Shown: positions 28,253 through 41,874 of the stretch, piece after piece
How positions within the stretch are numbered: position 1 is the stretch's first letter
Layout of the letters: the number at the start of each line of letters is the position of its first letter
Assembly (NCBI GenBank): GCA_030324005.1
Contig: JARDVH010000073.1
Location: 88,161,495 to 88,225,494, forward strand
Direction of reading: 5' to 3'
From: Negaprion brevirostris
Taxonomy: Eukaryota
Length of the DNA: 64,000 bases
Made by a program: the position numbers and the translations under genes
Notes under the pieces: generated by a model
What the model was told of the DNA's origin: nothing
Databases searched by the model: none
Seen by the model: the letters and a program-made list of their open reading frames with translations, nothing else

Positions 28253-30099
28253 TAACATTTAAAATTTAATGGATTTAAAAATTAAATAGAAATATGCTAA
28301 TTCTATTATCTCAACTCTCACTGCCTCTCCTGCTGGACCCTTCTACTTACTGGCCTCTCCTGCTTGTCTCTTTTNNNNNNNNNNNNNNNNNNNNNNNNCT
28401 CCCTGCTTCTGTCTCCTGAGCCCTTGCCATGAACGAGGCAGCAGGAGGGAGGAAGCAAGTATGGCAGTCAGGGGAATGACAAGTCAGAGGATCAGGGAAG
28501 GAAGTGGCGAGCGGGAGGGAAGCAGTAGGAGTGGTGGCTGCAGAGGAAAGTGGCGAGTGAGACACACATTGTGAAGGGAGCAGGAGAGAATTAACAAGCA
28601 GGATAAACCACTTCAAAATAGCACTGATCAGGTCATGCATGTCCCAATGCAATGCCAAAGTTGTCCTGATGCCAATTGCACAGTGTCCCCATTTTATCCG
28701 TGATACTGAAGCAGAATGACACTGAATGAGACAACTTAAAATGGTGACTTACCATAATCAAGGTGGCACTGAACCAAGGCCTTCAATGCAGACAATGTGG
28801 TTGATGACTATTGTTTTGTGCTGTATTTCCCAGCTATACATCCTATCATCCCACTCTGTTCACTGTAATTGCCTGGCATCAGTCATGAACATTAATAGAC
28901 TCTACCAACATTTGTTACACCACAACTTTGAAGAAAAAGATTTATTTTAAAAAAAAGTTGCAACATTCCTCACACTGTTTCTCTCTCCACAGATGCTACC
29001 AGATTTGCTAAGTCGTTGCAGCATTTTCTGCTTTTGTTTCTGAGATTCCCAGCACCTGCTATATTTTGCTTTTTAGTCATTTTGTCTTACTCTTCTCTAC
29101 TTTACCTTCCTGAAAATATGCACGTTCATTAGGCTTTAAAAACGACTTGCAGCTTTCCGCACAAACAGTAGCTGATGACTATTTTACTGTCTGTTTTCTT
29201 ACTACCCTGTCTTCACAAGGGTGATCCAAGTCAGTGAATATATCTTCACAGTAGATCTCATCCCACTATACCATTAGGCTCTCACGCTGCTCAATGCATC
29301 ACAGCCTGATCACTCACTCATCAGCAGCCTTTAGTAGTTCCCAGAACTCCAGGTGCTCCATCTCACATCACTGCTTTCCAATGTTACCAGTAAGCCACCT
29401 GCCATATCCAGATGCTCAGCTGTGACAGGCATATCATCCAAACTCAACAGGAGCAATTCTGCCAGACTGCTGCCACTGGTCCCTAGCCACTGGATTTCTG
29501 GCGACATCAGCTCTAAGCCAGAAATCAGCACAGACCTGTATAAATTATGCTAATGACAATTAGCATAGCATCAGTAGGCCCAGGACTGAAGTCCACAGCA
29601 GCAGCTCCCCGCACCCGCACCCTGGNNNNNNNNNNAAGCGCCAATGTCCAGGGGACAGGGCCTAATGGGGCAGGGCCTCTGGGGAGTGACCAGTGGAAAT
29701 GGGGTGTCCTGCTGCCACTCTGTATTTAGGCTGAGTAACAGAGGGAGGGAGGTCAGCATCTCATGAATCCTACAGAACAAATAGTGTGCCACACAATGGA
29801 CCAACTATTACGCAGACCATCACTGAGAATGTTACAAATGATGGAATGTTTCTGTCTCATGCCCCTTTTCAAATATCCACCTCAGTCTCAATACAAACTG
29901 CTGATGGTGTGACCAGGGTCCTCTTGATTTCCAATTTATTCATTTCCTTCACCCCCAACCAGCTTCTTCTGCTTTCAGACACCCAAGAACTGTTGCCTGG
30001 CCAGTCTAGCAGGCTCAGGAAGAAGGAGGAGATCAACAACCTATCAATCTATCTATCTACCTACGTAATCGAAGTTCCTCATGCCTGGAAGCCTTTTCA

Positions 30100-30480
30100 T
30101 TAATCTTTTCTGCACTCTCTAGAATGGTTTAACTTTTTCCCTAAAGATGGCCAAACCAGTGTTTTACACAGGTTTATCATAATTTCCTTGCTTTTATACC
30201 CAATGTCTATATTTGTAAAGCGCAGAATCCTGTATGCTTTATTAATTAATTTCTCAACCTGTCCTGCAACTTCAGTGATTTGTGAACATATACCGCCGGT
30301 CTCTCCGCTCCAACATCCCACTTCAGAATTGAACTCGTTTTATGTTATACTGCTTGTCCTTGCTCTTCTTCTCAAATCAATCACGTTGCACTTCTCTGGA
30401 TTGACATTTCACCTGCTACCTGTTTACCCTATTCCACCAGCATACATACTTTTTAAGATTATCACATTCTCATGGTTCCA
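30100..30480 (-). mobile_element. Decayed CR1 fragment
   Basis: QVEKLINKAYRILRF...YKSKEIMINLCKTLVWP. Confidence 0.75.
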
Positions 30481-32089
30481 AGTTTTGTTATGAAACTCAA
30501 ACTTACCTTGGTTGAGCAAGGAGATTGGGAACAACTCCCGAGGACCTCAGAACCTCTGCAAATGCATAGACTGGGCTGCACATGCACACATCTGAAAATC
30601 TGATGTTCTTTGGGGTCCTTTGCATTTGTGCCCAAAAAGACAGGCGTGAAAACCTGGATCAAGTGAATGGGTGCAGGACACCACGACCAGCAAGTGTTCT
30701 GGACAGTGGACAGGGAGAGGAGATAGGAGAAATCCCAAAAGGAAGTCCCAGGTAAAAGACAGAGGCAGGGGACAGAAATATGTCCCAATTAACTTAGAGA
30801 AAAAGAGACAAATAGAGAAACAAACTCCAAACAGGAAGGAAGACGGCTGTGAGGAGCAGGCTCTAAGTGAATAACACAGCTGAAAGTTGGTGACTTTGTG
30901 CTGCAGACTGTTGGTGCAAAGGTACCCATTTGGAGCAGATTGTTGACTCGGTGTTACCAACAGCTGGGTGGGTCACTGAGATATCCGTGGAATCTGTTTC
31001 GGTTGCATCTGTCGTTCATTGTGCAGTCTAGTGTGTTCGACCATAGTTGCTCGTTAATTCACATGCATCTCAGATCANNNNNNNNNNACCCTGAAGGTTA
31101 TGAGTAGTAGAAGATATTGTAGATTTTTCTATCTTTATGATTTTTTTTAGTTTTTTTTCTTTGTTCAAAATCCACAGAATCTCATGGCTTTCCTTCATGA
31201 ACAAGTGTCTTGGATCTCAAACTTGGTCTACTTTAAACAAAACGTTATTGGTCCCTAACTGGCAACAACTTGGGAATCTGGTATATGATCACAATATTTA
31301 CAAACTTCCTCCACTGAGATTAAATTAACTGGCTTGTGGTTAGTGGAGTTAACCGTACACCCTTTTTTGAAACAAGAGTATAACAGTTGCAGATCTCCAA
31401 TCCTCTGATACCCCTTCTAAAGCCAATAAAATTTTCCTGTTATGGTTCAGGGTTTGAATCTCCATTGGATAAGCTTACAGTTTTTTTTGTGCATCATACT
31501 TTCTGAAGAGCTGAACAGTTCTTGCAATTGCTAAAAGTTCCAATCTTCCTCCACCTCCTCTCTCACCAGCATGTCTGCAGAAAGGAGGGACAGCTAATCT
31601 TGCTAATTTTCTTTCTATCCTATTCCGACCCCACCCTCCCACTGGTGCTTTGAACTCTTATCAGTAGACCAACAATCATTGCCCCTCTCTACATTTCTCT
31701 TTAAAATGTCTGTTCACCCACAAGGTATTTGCAATTTATAAACTTAGTATAGATTACTGCTTTGGGATCCTAGCTTTGACTTAAATGTCCCTCATATATA
31801 ACAACATTTTGCCCCTTGCTATACTGTCGCAATATCCCCTGCCCAAACTGCCATGGGAGTGGGGAAGGACAGAAATACAAAATTGCATCACGGACTCTCT
31901 GCTTACTTTGTTGTCCTTCAACCACATATCATGTACCATTCAAATACCTGTCTGTTAAAATCTTGCTCTCTACCACCCCACCCAGAGATTCTCCTTAGGA
32001 TATCCTCCCTCTTTTCTCTCTCTACATTGATTCCTCACTCTAGCAGTGTTAACCATCATTTCAACTCCTCTTGCCCACTTCCTTTATTT

Positions 32090-32445
32090 TTATTAATTGG
32101 GTGTGGTGTTGCTGGCTGGGTCAGCATTTAATGCCCATCCCTAATTGCCTTTTAACTGAGTGCTTTGCCCATTTCAGAGGGCATTCAGTGTCAACCACAT
32201 TGCTGTGAACCTGGACTCACATATAGGCCAGTGTAGTAAGGGTGGCAGATTTCCTTCCCTAAAAAGGATATTAGTGAATCAGATGGGTTTTTTTTTTGTT
32301 TTACAATAGTTGAGAATAGTTTCATGGTGATCATTAATTCCAGATTTTTATTGTATTCAAATTTCACCATCTAACATGGGATTTGAACCTGGGTCCCCAG
32401 AGCCTTGTGTCTCTGGATTTCTAGTCCAATACGCCACCACCTCCC
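32090..32445 (-). mobile_element. tRNA-derived SINE of a second family (LINE-type tail)
   Basis: The minus strand reads ...ggactagaaatccagag...ggttcaaatccc...agggaaggaaatctgcc...gggatgggcattaaatgctg. Other copies are near 1730-1920, 17925-18605 and 37030-37400. Confidence 0.7.
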
Positions 32446-33984
32446 CTGTTGTCCATATACCTAACTGCTATATAAACTTTTATGCAATATTAACAGCCAC
32501 CAGATCCACTGAGAGATCTTATGCGACCTCTCTAATCCCATCAGTTTGCAGAATTGTAGACGAAGCCTTCACCAAGCAGTTCTTTATACACTTTCCAACT
32601 AAAAGATACCTCCCCCACTCCCCTATGCACCTACAAATGCACTAAATTCCAACAGTCTATAGACTTTCTTCCTCCCATTTTCCATAATGCTTTATCAATC
32701 ACTACTCTACTTCACCACTCCTTCAATCCTTTGTCCTTGTCCCAGCCAGTCTCCTTTGTCTGGGTCTCATGTCTGTCATCTCAGTTCCAAGGAATACTGA
32801 CTGGTTCAGCCACCATATCAAGCATACCAGAGCATACTAAGCACAAATAGGCCTCAATCTCTTTTGCCAAAAATGCCCACTATGCAGAGATCACTACCAT
32901 CTGTCTTGTTAAAACTCTCTCTTATCACTCTCACACTTACCTACAAGTGCAAGAAGAATCATGGACTTCTTTGCTATTTTGAAAACCTACATTTAATTGA
33001 TTCTGCAGCTCCCCCTGCCACAACTGCCCTGCTCTTGAATCCAAAACCAAACCTTCCATTGGGTCCCATGTAATAGCTTTGAACACTTGCCTCTCCATCT
33101 CTTTTTCTCTCTCATTTCTCTCCCATATCCCCCATGGCCTTTCTGTACTCCTCTTGTCCATGAGACCTATTTCCTGCTCTTCTGACCTCATTTGTAAACT
33201 GCTGACTACTCAGCTTCTTTTCTTGACTTCCTTGCTGGCTGACATTGTAAATGGCTCCCTTTATCTTCCAAAATCCCTTCTCAAAACTCCACTCCAACCC
33301 CTCAATCCTTCCACCTCATCTCCAACCTTCTTATAATCTTCCCTTTCCCCTCCAGAGTTCTTGCATGTGCTCTCACCCCTCAAAACTGCACCTATCTTTT
33401 CCATCTTTTTGCTTGAATTTCTCAAATGAATTATTGATCTCTCTCACAGCACTGAAACAGCACAAATAGCATTGCCTATGATGGTGATTAGATTGCATTT
33501 TTGCCTTCTTAGCTTCACATTTTCATGTCAGAATTAAATACCAAACATTATATCATTGCAACTTTTATTGTTCTGATCGAGTTTCTAAGCTGAGCTCACA
33601 CAAAAGTGCTCTTATATCAACCAGTCCCAAAAAACCAGCAGCAAATGAGCCATTTTAAAACTTAATTCAAAGTTTCCCTCATTATTAAAAAATTTCTTTA
33701 TGAAATTCAGTCTTTCTACAACATCAACCCATCAACCTCAACCTTTGTAAGTTTACCGCTTGTTCCTTTCATTCTTAATACAATCCTCATGAGATTAATA
33801 CACTGTGCCTGTTACATGAATATGTTTTTGCTTTCTCGCATCCCTTCTCCAATTATGGACACTGCAAAATACCATCGGCAAACTATTCCTATAGATTTTC
33901 TGAAAAAAAATTACACAGTTCTCAAAAAATGAAACAGGATATGCTATCTCTTAGCTTGGAGAGTCTTATTTACATGAAGGAACC

Positions 33985-34280
33985 GAGAGAGAGCTGGGGT
34001 TTCAGTTTAAATGGTGAGGTGGAGAGAGAGCTAGGGGACTTAGTTTAAATTTAAATGGTGAAGTGAGAGAGAGCTGGAAGTTTCCTTTTCAATGGTGAGA
34101 TGCACAGAAAGTTCTGTTCTAATGGTGAAAGACAGAAAGAGAGACCATGGAGTTTTTGTTCCAAATGGTGAATTGGAAAGACAGCCAGAGGTTGCTGTTT
34201 CAAATGGCAAGATGGGCAGAGAGTCAACAGTTTCTGTTTTAATAGAGAGGCAGTGAGAGAACTGGGGTTTCTGTTTGAGG
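33985..34280. repeat. Degenerate minisatellite, ~37-bp unit, about 8 copies
   Basis: The unit gagagagagctggggtttcagtttaaatggtgaggt recurs with increasing divergence. Confidence 0.75.
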
Positions 34281-34289
34281 GGACTTTCC

Positions 34290-34627
34290 ATGGATATGGA
34301 AACGATGTTTCCCTTTGCAAAGGGGATTAGAAATAGGAAACTCAGTTTAAAAATAAGGGTCTTCCACATAAGGCAGAAATGAGGAGACTTTTTTCCCTCA
34401 AGAGCGTTGCAAGTCTGTGATGCTCTTCCTTAGAGATCGGTGGAGAAGGGCCATTGAATATTTTTAAGGCAGAGATAGTTAGGACTCCCGATGAGCAAAG
34501 GAGTCAAAGGGTATTGGGGGTCAGTAGGAAAGTGTTGTTGAGGCGATAATCAGGTTAGCCATGATCTTATCAAATGGCAGAGCAAGCTCAATGGGCCGAA
34601 TGGCCTCCTATTTCATATCTTATGTTA
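34290..34627 (+). mobile_element. CR1 3' end
   Basis: gaaatgaggagacttttttc...agccatgatcttatcaaatggcagagcaagctc...ttatgtt tail. The same tail type is at 10385-10518, 20065-20236 (-) and 62080-62252 (-). Confidence 0.75.
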
Positions 34628-34779
34628 GCTATCATGCAGACCTTGAGTCTGATGTACTAGACAAGCGCTAGAAGAGTTGAGAGGGGCAATATTAATGAAA
34701 AAAAGAGTGCGGTAATATGAAAATTCACAAAATCAATGTTATTGCTCCAGTGTTTACTGCACAATAACTAATGCCTTAC

Positions 34780-34854
34780 CTGCATTTTTTTCTCATGATC
34801 ACTCTCATTTACTAGTCCTGTACTGCTGACACTCTCACTTCCATCAGCAGTTAC
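34780..34854 (-). CDS. ZNF143: ZNF143 exon 7: VTADGSESVSSTGLVNESDHEKKMQ
   Basis: 75 bp, ctgtag| ... CAG|gtaag. Matches the DGSESV...EKKMQ segment. Confidence 0.93.
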
Positions 34855-35007
34855 CTACAGAGAAAGAATATTAAGTGCATTTGGGTAAAATGCTAAGAAT
34901 TATGTTTAAACCCTGATACAATTTATGCCAAATTTATTTATTTCTCACAACTTCTAACATACACCCAAGCTTCTGACCATATTACACCTTCAGTACCCAA
35001 CAAGACT

Positions 35008-35768
35008 GTTAGGTACCAGATCAAAAACCTCAGGGTATATTATGCAGCCAGGCTAGACCTGAACAATCTTCTATTTTGGCATTAGGGTGAGGATAAGATG
35101 TTTCACTCCAGGTGTGATTTTACTAACTAGGAAGCTTTTATCAAAACAAACTTTATTTAACAACACGGTTTAACTATAACGAATTAATTAGCTTAACCTT
35201 TCACAACTGAACAATATCTAAACATGACAAGAAACTAATCTCAATTGCTAACCTATCGCTATGTTTCCCAATTCAAATAATATTCTTCTTATAGACTTAA
35301 CCCACGCCCCCCCCTTTAAAATTAGTTAGCAAAACACAGGCATACTTGCTGTGACTTAGGTTACCAGTCCTGGAGCTTTCAGAACATCTCTGGAGAGAAA
35401 GAGAGAGAGAGACACTATTTTCTTCTGCAGCCCAGGCAGCAACTGCTTGTATTTAAAATGAAACTGAAACCCTTTCTTTCCTGCAAGCTTGGCTTCTCCC
35501 ATTAAGTACATGACTCTGTCCCTGTAAATCAACCTAAACAAAACTCTACTCTGGAAATCGGGGGAACTCAAGTAAACACAAATGCATTTGCTCCAGATCT
35601 AAATTGAATACTTATCTTCTGCTCCCAGCTAGTAATTTAAAAGTTTTCCTAGACAGATCGCCACACTGCAAAACATATCTGAATTCTAAACATACTCCTT
35701 ACAAGATACNNNNNNNNNNACAAGATACATGATATAAATATATTTCTTAATGGCACAGTATCATCACA
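35008..35768 (-). mobile_element. Possible solo LTR
   Basis: TGT...ACA termini, about 760 bp, AATAAA on the minus strand. No clear target-site duplication. Confidence 0.35.
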
Positions 35769-36282
35769 GTACCAACATTCCGCTTGGACTTAGGAGTTTC
35801 AATAGTGCATCTCAGGACCAATATTGACAGATTACTTTAGGACTATATATATATATTTTTGAACACTATATCAATTAAAAATTAAGAATTATTTAACAAC
35901 CCAGGAGATTCAGTGGTGCAGTAGGTAGTGTCTCTGCCTCTAAGCCAGAAGCTCTGAGGTAAAGTCCCACCCAAGGACTTGATAGCCAAGGCGTAATGCA
36001 GCCAACAGATTGACTATCAACCTGCAAAATTCTTCCAACATACCAACAGCAGGCAAAGAGAGCAGGAGTCAGCTATGCTTGGTGCAGGGTGGTGCTCCTC
36101 AAGCTCTAAGCCCCTGATGACAGGTTAGTGCCTTGTTCCAGCAAAAACTGGCTTTGTAGACATATGCCTTGTGCACCACTAGGTGCAGGAAGTAAAACAA
36201 CAAAACAATGTAACAGCGTCAGTGAAAGCCAGATTGAGGCATCAGGTGATGTTACAAAGTTGGCATTTAAACAGACACTTAC

Positions 36283-36479
36283 TTTTGTGGCATATTGCTC
36301 AAGTGCAGTGATGGTCTCAGGATCTACTGTGGCTTCTCCCGTGTGTATTCCTGTCAAGGTGCTATCGGCTTGAACAGTAAGGATGGTATCAGATTGTGGA
36401 ACTTGTATTGTATGGTGAATATAGGCAGTAGTTCCATCTTCCAACTGAACTGCTTGTACTGCATTTGGATCATAGCCAT
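36283..36479 (-). CDS. ZNF143: ZNF143 exon 6: (D)[65 protein letters not shown]
   Basis: 197 bp, attaag| ... AAA|gtaagt. Encodes repeat 4 and the following QVPQSDTIL...ALEQY segment. Confidence 0.96.
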
Positions 36480-36560
36480 CTTAATCATAAAGACATGAAA
36501 AATAGTGAATAATCACATTTTTCTCGTAATAGCTTTACTGTAATTTGTTTAATAACTTAC

Positions 36561-36641
36561 CTTTTGGTGTATGATGGATAAATGCAGTTGATCCATCCTC
36601 TAGTTGAACTGCCTGTCCATCCTCAAAACGCAAACAGTCTC
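36561..36641 (-). CDS. ZNF143: ZNF143 exon 5: (G)[26 protein letters not shown]
   Basis: 81 bp, ttgtag| ... AAG|gtaag. Encodes activation repeat 3. Confidence 0.95.
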
Positions 36642-38841
36642 CTACAAGAGCCAGCAGAAGAGTTTTTGAATAACTCCATTTCCGTTCTTTTAGGAAATTG
36701 CAACATAAACGAATCAGTCCCACAAGGACTCAGCAGATAAAGGAATCACTTTTGCTGTAACTAAGCCATTCATGTGTCACTGTTGTATATGTTAATGCAA
36801 CCAAACTACGGAGAAGGAAAAACGCAACCTGGGCATCCGCTCGAGGTAGCTATCCAATAAAGCTTCATGTGTGTTATGCAGGTGAGGACAGCATTGTTAT
36901 CCACCATGATGTCTTCCACTGTCAAATACTATCTGGACCCAAATTTTAAAAAAGTGGTCACAAAACAGCTCTCAATTACATAAATATACAGAAAGCCATT
37001 TCACATCATTAATAGGAAGGATATGATGTAGTAGTAGTATCACTGAATTAGTAATCCAACGTTTGGGGATATCTCATCATGGCACCAGGTGAAATTTAAA
37101 TTGAATTACTAACATTTGAAATTGAAAGCATGTCTTAGTAATAGTGACGATGAAACAGTCAATGTTGTAAAACACCATCTGGTTTATTAATAACTTGTAC
37201 GGAATCTGCCATCCTTTCCTGGTCTGGCCTACCAGTGACTCCTGATTAATAGCAGGTCCTCTGAAATGGCCTAGATGGACCTCAAGTTCGACCATCCCAC
37301 TGCAGAAAGATTATAGCAGTTTACCACCTTTCAAGGGCAAGTAGGGATAGGCACAAATGCTGGCTTTGTCAGCAATACCCATATCCCATGAAAGATCGAT
37401 GGAAAAAATATATAAATTCTATATTTACCTTTTGAGATTAATTTTAACTAACTTAACTGCAACAATTTAAAGTTAGAGTTCTGTGTGTTTAGGTAGAATG
37501 CATCCATGTTTTCTGAATGGGAGCCCAAGCATCAGAATACCACAAACTACTTTACGGTTAATGAATGATTTTAGAAGCACAGTCACTGCTATGAAGAGGT
37601 AAATCCAGAAGTCAGGTTGTACACAGCAAGGTCACAGAAATAGCAAACGAATGACTAGGGAATCAGCTTTGGTAGCACTGACAAAGGGACAATGTTGGTC
37701 ATGATGCAGGAAGCACTTCAATTCATCAGTACATCCAAGGTATTTTGCAAGCACCTGAGATGGCAGACCTGGCCTCAGTCTGTGTCGAATCAAAAAAGCT
37801 TTGGGTGGGGGCCATCTTACCAAAAAAAAAATTCTAAATGCCAAACGAGTGTGAAAATGCAGGAGAATCATGCTTTTTTTTTGGGCGAGATAAAAATCAA
37901 ACCTTATCTAACTTTGTTAAAAATATTCAACCAAATTTTGTTTCTTGCCAGCAGGGACAGGGGAGCTGNNNNNNNNNNNNNNNNNNNNNNNNNNNNNNNN
38001 NNNNNNNNNNNNNNNNNNNNNNNNNNNNNNNNNNNNNNNNNNNNNNNNNNNNNNNNNNNNNNNNNNNNNNNNNNNNNNNNNNNNNNNNNNNNNNNNNNNN
38101 NNNNNNNNNNNNNNNNNNNNNNNNNNNNNNNNNNNNNCCTGCCTCCACAACTAAAACAGCATCCAACATTAGATATGATTCTGCGATTGGACAACAGATG
38201 CAAAATAATCCTCAGTGTGCTAGAAATATGCCAACAACCAATTTAAGATTATCAGTCACACAGACGGTGTGGCGCATTTATGTATATTGGAAGCTACATA
38301 TATTAATACACAGGGCCTTGTCCTCTGCAGAGAGACAGGACATGTATATATATTGTGCCTGCTTCAGCTTAACAAAATATGTTATGGTCATTCACTGGCT
38401 CATTCATCAGGGCAATACCATAGCCTGTTCCTGTGCTGTAATTTTTTTTGTTCTTTGCTCTAAAAGCTTCAACAAAACATTTCATTTTCAGCAATATTCA
38501 AGTTCTGTACTACCAAATGACTATTTGTATCTATTTATTATTTATAGATATATTATATCTATATTTATTATACCTATATTATGTTTATTATTTAAAAACT
38601 ATACCACTGCATAGTATTAGCATCATATTTTATGTTTTGTCATGTTGAGTTTGAGCGAATTATAATTTATACCTTTACAACTGAGAGAGAGTGTGTTTCA
38701 AGTTTGATTTTGACTATTTGAAAATGACGTTCACAGTTAACAATCAAATTTACATGCAGTTGCTGTCAACTTAAGTTGATAAAAAGCAAGACTAGGATAA
38801 ATTACCTAACTTCTTGCAGACACCAGTTGATCGTTACTCAC

Positions 38842-38925
38842 CTGATTTTGGTACTGAAACTTGTTGGACATATGCTGCAGAGCCATCCTCTAGTTGAATC
38901 ACTTGACCATCAACTAACTTCCCAT
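38842..38925 (-). CDS. ZNF143: ZNF143 exon 4: (D)GKLVDGQVIQLEDGSAAYVQQVSVPKS
   Basis: 84 bp, tttcag| ... CAG|gtgagt. Encodes activation repeat 2. Confidence 0.96.
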
Positions 38926-39600
38926 CTGAAACAAATCAAATATATCTCATCATATTGGAAAGTGAAGATTCTTTCAAGCACCCAGTAAGTAAATCTACCT
39001 GTGGTTGCATTGCTGAGCTATACGTTCTGGAAGGTTCCAGGTAGTAACCCTGCTCATGTCTGTTTTACCTGATACCAGCCAGAGCAACAATAGGTTATTA
39101 AAATTAGCCACAATATCCCGAGGCTAAGGTGAATGAAAGAAAATCAATTAGGCTTCTTATTCATGATCAATGATTCTGCTGGAAAGTTGGTGAAGGGAGA
39201 GAAGATCTCAGGTGTATTTTAATGTTCACTACTGTTAAATTATTGTTATATTTAGTATGTAGACTAACTCAATCAGAGGCACTCAATGGCAGCAGGTGTC
39301 TGTAGAATTTGTATCCAGTACATCAACAGATGAAGACTGAAAAGTGGACAAAAAGCATTAGTGGCAGTTGGGAGAGGTTTTGGGGCAGCAGTGATGAAGG
39401 AATGGGGAACACTTTTTAATATATAAACGACTGATACACATTTAGTTCCTAGAATGGTAAAAATCTTGTGTTTACCATCACGCTAAAATAAAGTTAGAGT
39501 TGTAAACAAAATTATGTCAAAAGGCTAAATTAGGCAAAATACACATGGATTAAATAATAGAATTGCTATACAATTAGAAATTCACCATGAAAGTCTACAC

Positions 39601-39693
39601 CTTTAGGATTGTGTTGAATATATGCTGTCGTCCCATCTGCAAGAGTAACAGCTTGTAAACTCACACCATCCATATTTTCTAGTCGATCACCAT
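39601..39693 (-). CDS. ZNF143: ZNF143 exon 3: (D)[30 protein letters not shown]
   Basis: 93 bp, tttag| ... AAAG|gtgtag, phase 1/1. Encodes activation repeat 1. Confidence 0.96.
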
Positions 39694-41765
39694 CTAAATT
39701 TAAAAAAAAACTAATTAAAGCAATTTTGTACAGAAATTCAACAATCTTCTCCCTACATATATCCACATAAATGCACACTCATACAGTAATAGAGTCATTG
39801 AGAAAAGGTTATTAGAAAAAACTAATCAGCAATGCTTACAAACACCTTGATTACAATGCATTACCATAACATTTGTGATTCTATACTCTCCCAATAAAAA
39901 AAAAGTTTTCTTTTCCCATTAGGTTGATCTTCACTACAGAACATAAGAACGTAAGAAATAGGAGCAGGAGTAGGCCATCCAGCCCCTCNNNNNNNNNNNN
40001 NNNNNNNNNNNNNNNNNNNNNNNNNNNNNNNNNNNNNNNNNNNNNNNNNNNNNNNNNNNNGTTGTGGTTGGTGCAGACTCAATGGGCTGAATGGTCTTCT
40101 GCACTGTAGGGATTCTGAAAGGGTAGTGATAAGGATGTTGCGCTTACTAATTTCAAACACAAAGGGAAACTCAACATATTCCCTGGAATACTTCGCTGAA
40201 GTCAGGAATTTGCCATGTGGCAATCTACAATACATAAATCCGTAGTTTACCATGTCTTAGCAAAATGCCTTGAAGCACAAAGCTATATCAATGGGGCGTC
40301 CTTTTAAATTTCAAAAATAAATTAATTTTGTGTTACGGTAGGATTTTTCTCTTCTGTTCTGAGAGCACCTGAATTCGTCAACGCTATACAAAAGTGTCTG
40401 CGACAATGTCTGCATAATTTACATAAATACTGACTAAAGCATCTGCTGATTACTACTGTCAGGACTTTCAATCATGTCATTACATGTAATTTCAAAGAGA
40501 GACTGTGAACATTTGAGGACTTTGAACAGCAAAGAATTGTCAGAAATGAGGGCAATGTCTTTTAATGAAGCTATGTGCTATAAATTGACCCCAATTTTTC
40601 TTCACCACCCCCTCCTCCTTCACCAATAATTGAATCAAACACAGATGTCAACAAATGATGGTGTTTTGCCTTTCTTCCTTTCACCTGTTCTCACAGTGGT
40701 GTTAACAGAATTGCCCAGGCAACTGGAAACAAATTTAAGAGAAAATGTTGCACGCATTACACTTGAAAGGACTCTATAATGCCACAGAAAACAAGAAGAC
40801 TGACACAAACATTGGGTTGGATTTTATGCAGTCCATCAGGAATCATGGCAGCCAGGTAACTTGAGTGTGTCCTCGTGTCAGTCTTCCGATGGTGGGAAAA
40901 CCTTTCTTAATTAAGTCAGAGAGAACTACTGGCAATGGGTTTTCAGCTTGTCTCATTAATAAACCGACTGACATCTATTAAGATTAATCCATTGCAATTT
41001 AGTGGTGGTTCAGGGATTAAACAGAGGCCTCACGGGTCTCCATACCCTTGGAATGTCGCTCAAGAAAAGCTATCGGGTTTGCCAGTGGCCTTACAGAAGG
41101 GAACGTTGAAGGTCTCTTGTTATGAAAAACTCTGTGCTCAAACAAGGGACCTGGCAATGGCTGTGGAAAGACATCCTTTCCACTCTTACTTCTGACACTG
41201 CATCCTCCCCTCCCATGACCCCCACCCCACCTTCACATACCTGTGGCTTAGGGTCTCTCCACAATTCTGAAGCTCAGGTTGGTGCAGCGCCACCAGCAGG
41301 CACTGTTCCCATTGGTATGGGCAGCATGAAGAGCTGCAGGCCTTTGACTGGAGCTCTCAGCAGGTTGGGACCTCCATCACAGGTAAAGCCCCATGACAGC
41401 CAATTAAGTGCCCGAAGGATACCTGATTCCACGGGCCTCCCTTGAGAGTTTCCAAAAGTTTGATGATCAGTGGGTGTAACCACTGTTGGCCAAGCAAATT
41501 CCCAGCCATCTCTTTCAACCATACAGCCAAAAATTGTGAAATTAAGTGAATAATATTAAACGGACAGAAATCACCTGGCTTCATTCAATAATTTCTGTTT
41601 ACTTTGTAAGCTGTTGCTACAGTAGTTATTTAAGAAAACTCCATGCTATTTATGGAAGTTGCCACCTATTCTTCCAAATCATTGGAGTGAACCTCAAAAA
41701 TGTTCAAATAATGGATAAAAATACAAACCGGAACAGAATAAAGATCAATAATTGTAGTGATTTAC

Positions 41766-41874
41766 CTGTTACCGCTACAGCTTCTGTTAGGCACAGTGTG
41801 ACATGCTGACCATCACCTACTCCCTGGAACTCAGCCATACTTTGGGTTTCTCTGTTTATCTGTGCCAATAACAT
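41766..41874 (-). CDS. ZNF143: ZNF143 exon 2, first canonical coding exon: [36 protein letters not shown](D)
   Basis: The translation matches the ZNF143 N-terminus (MLLAQINR...[11 protein letters not shown]). The acceptor is ttattag|AT-ATG, so the exon starts at 41876. The donor is CAG|gtaaa, phase 1. Confidence 0.95.

Noticed and set aside
33985-34280. CRISPR-like periodic array
   Set aside because: It is a degenerate tandem repeat without conserved repeats or unique spacers, in a vertebrate intron.
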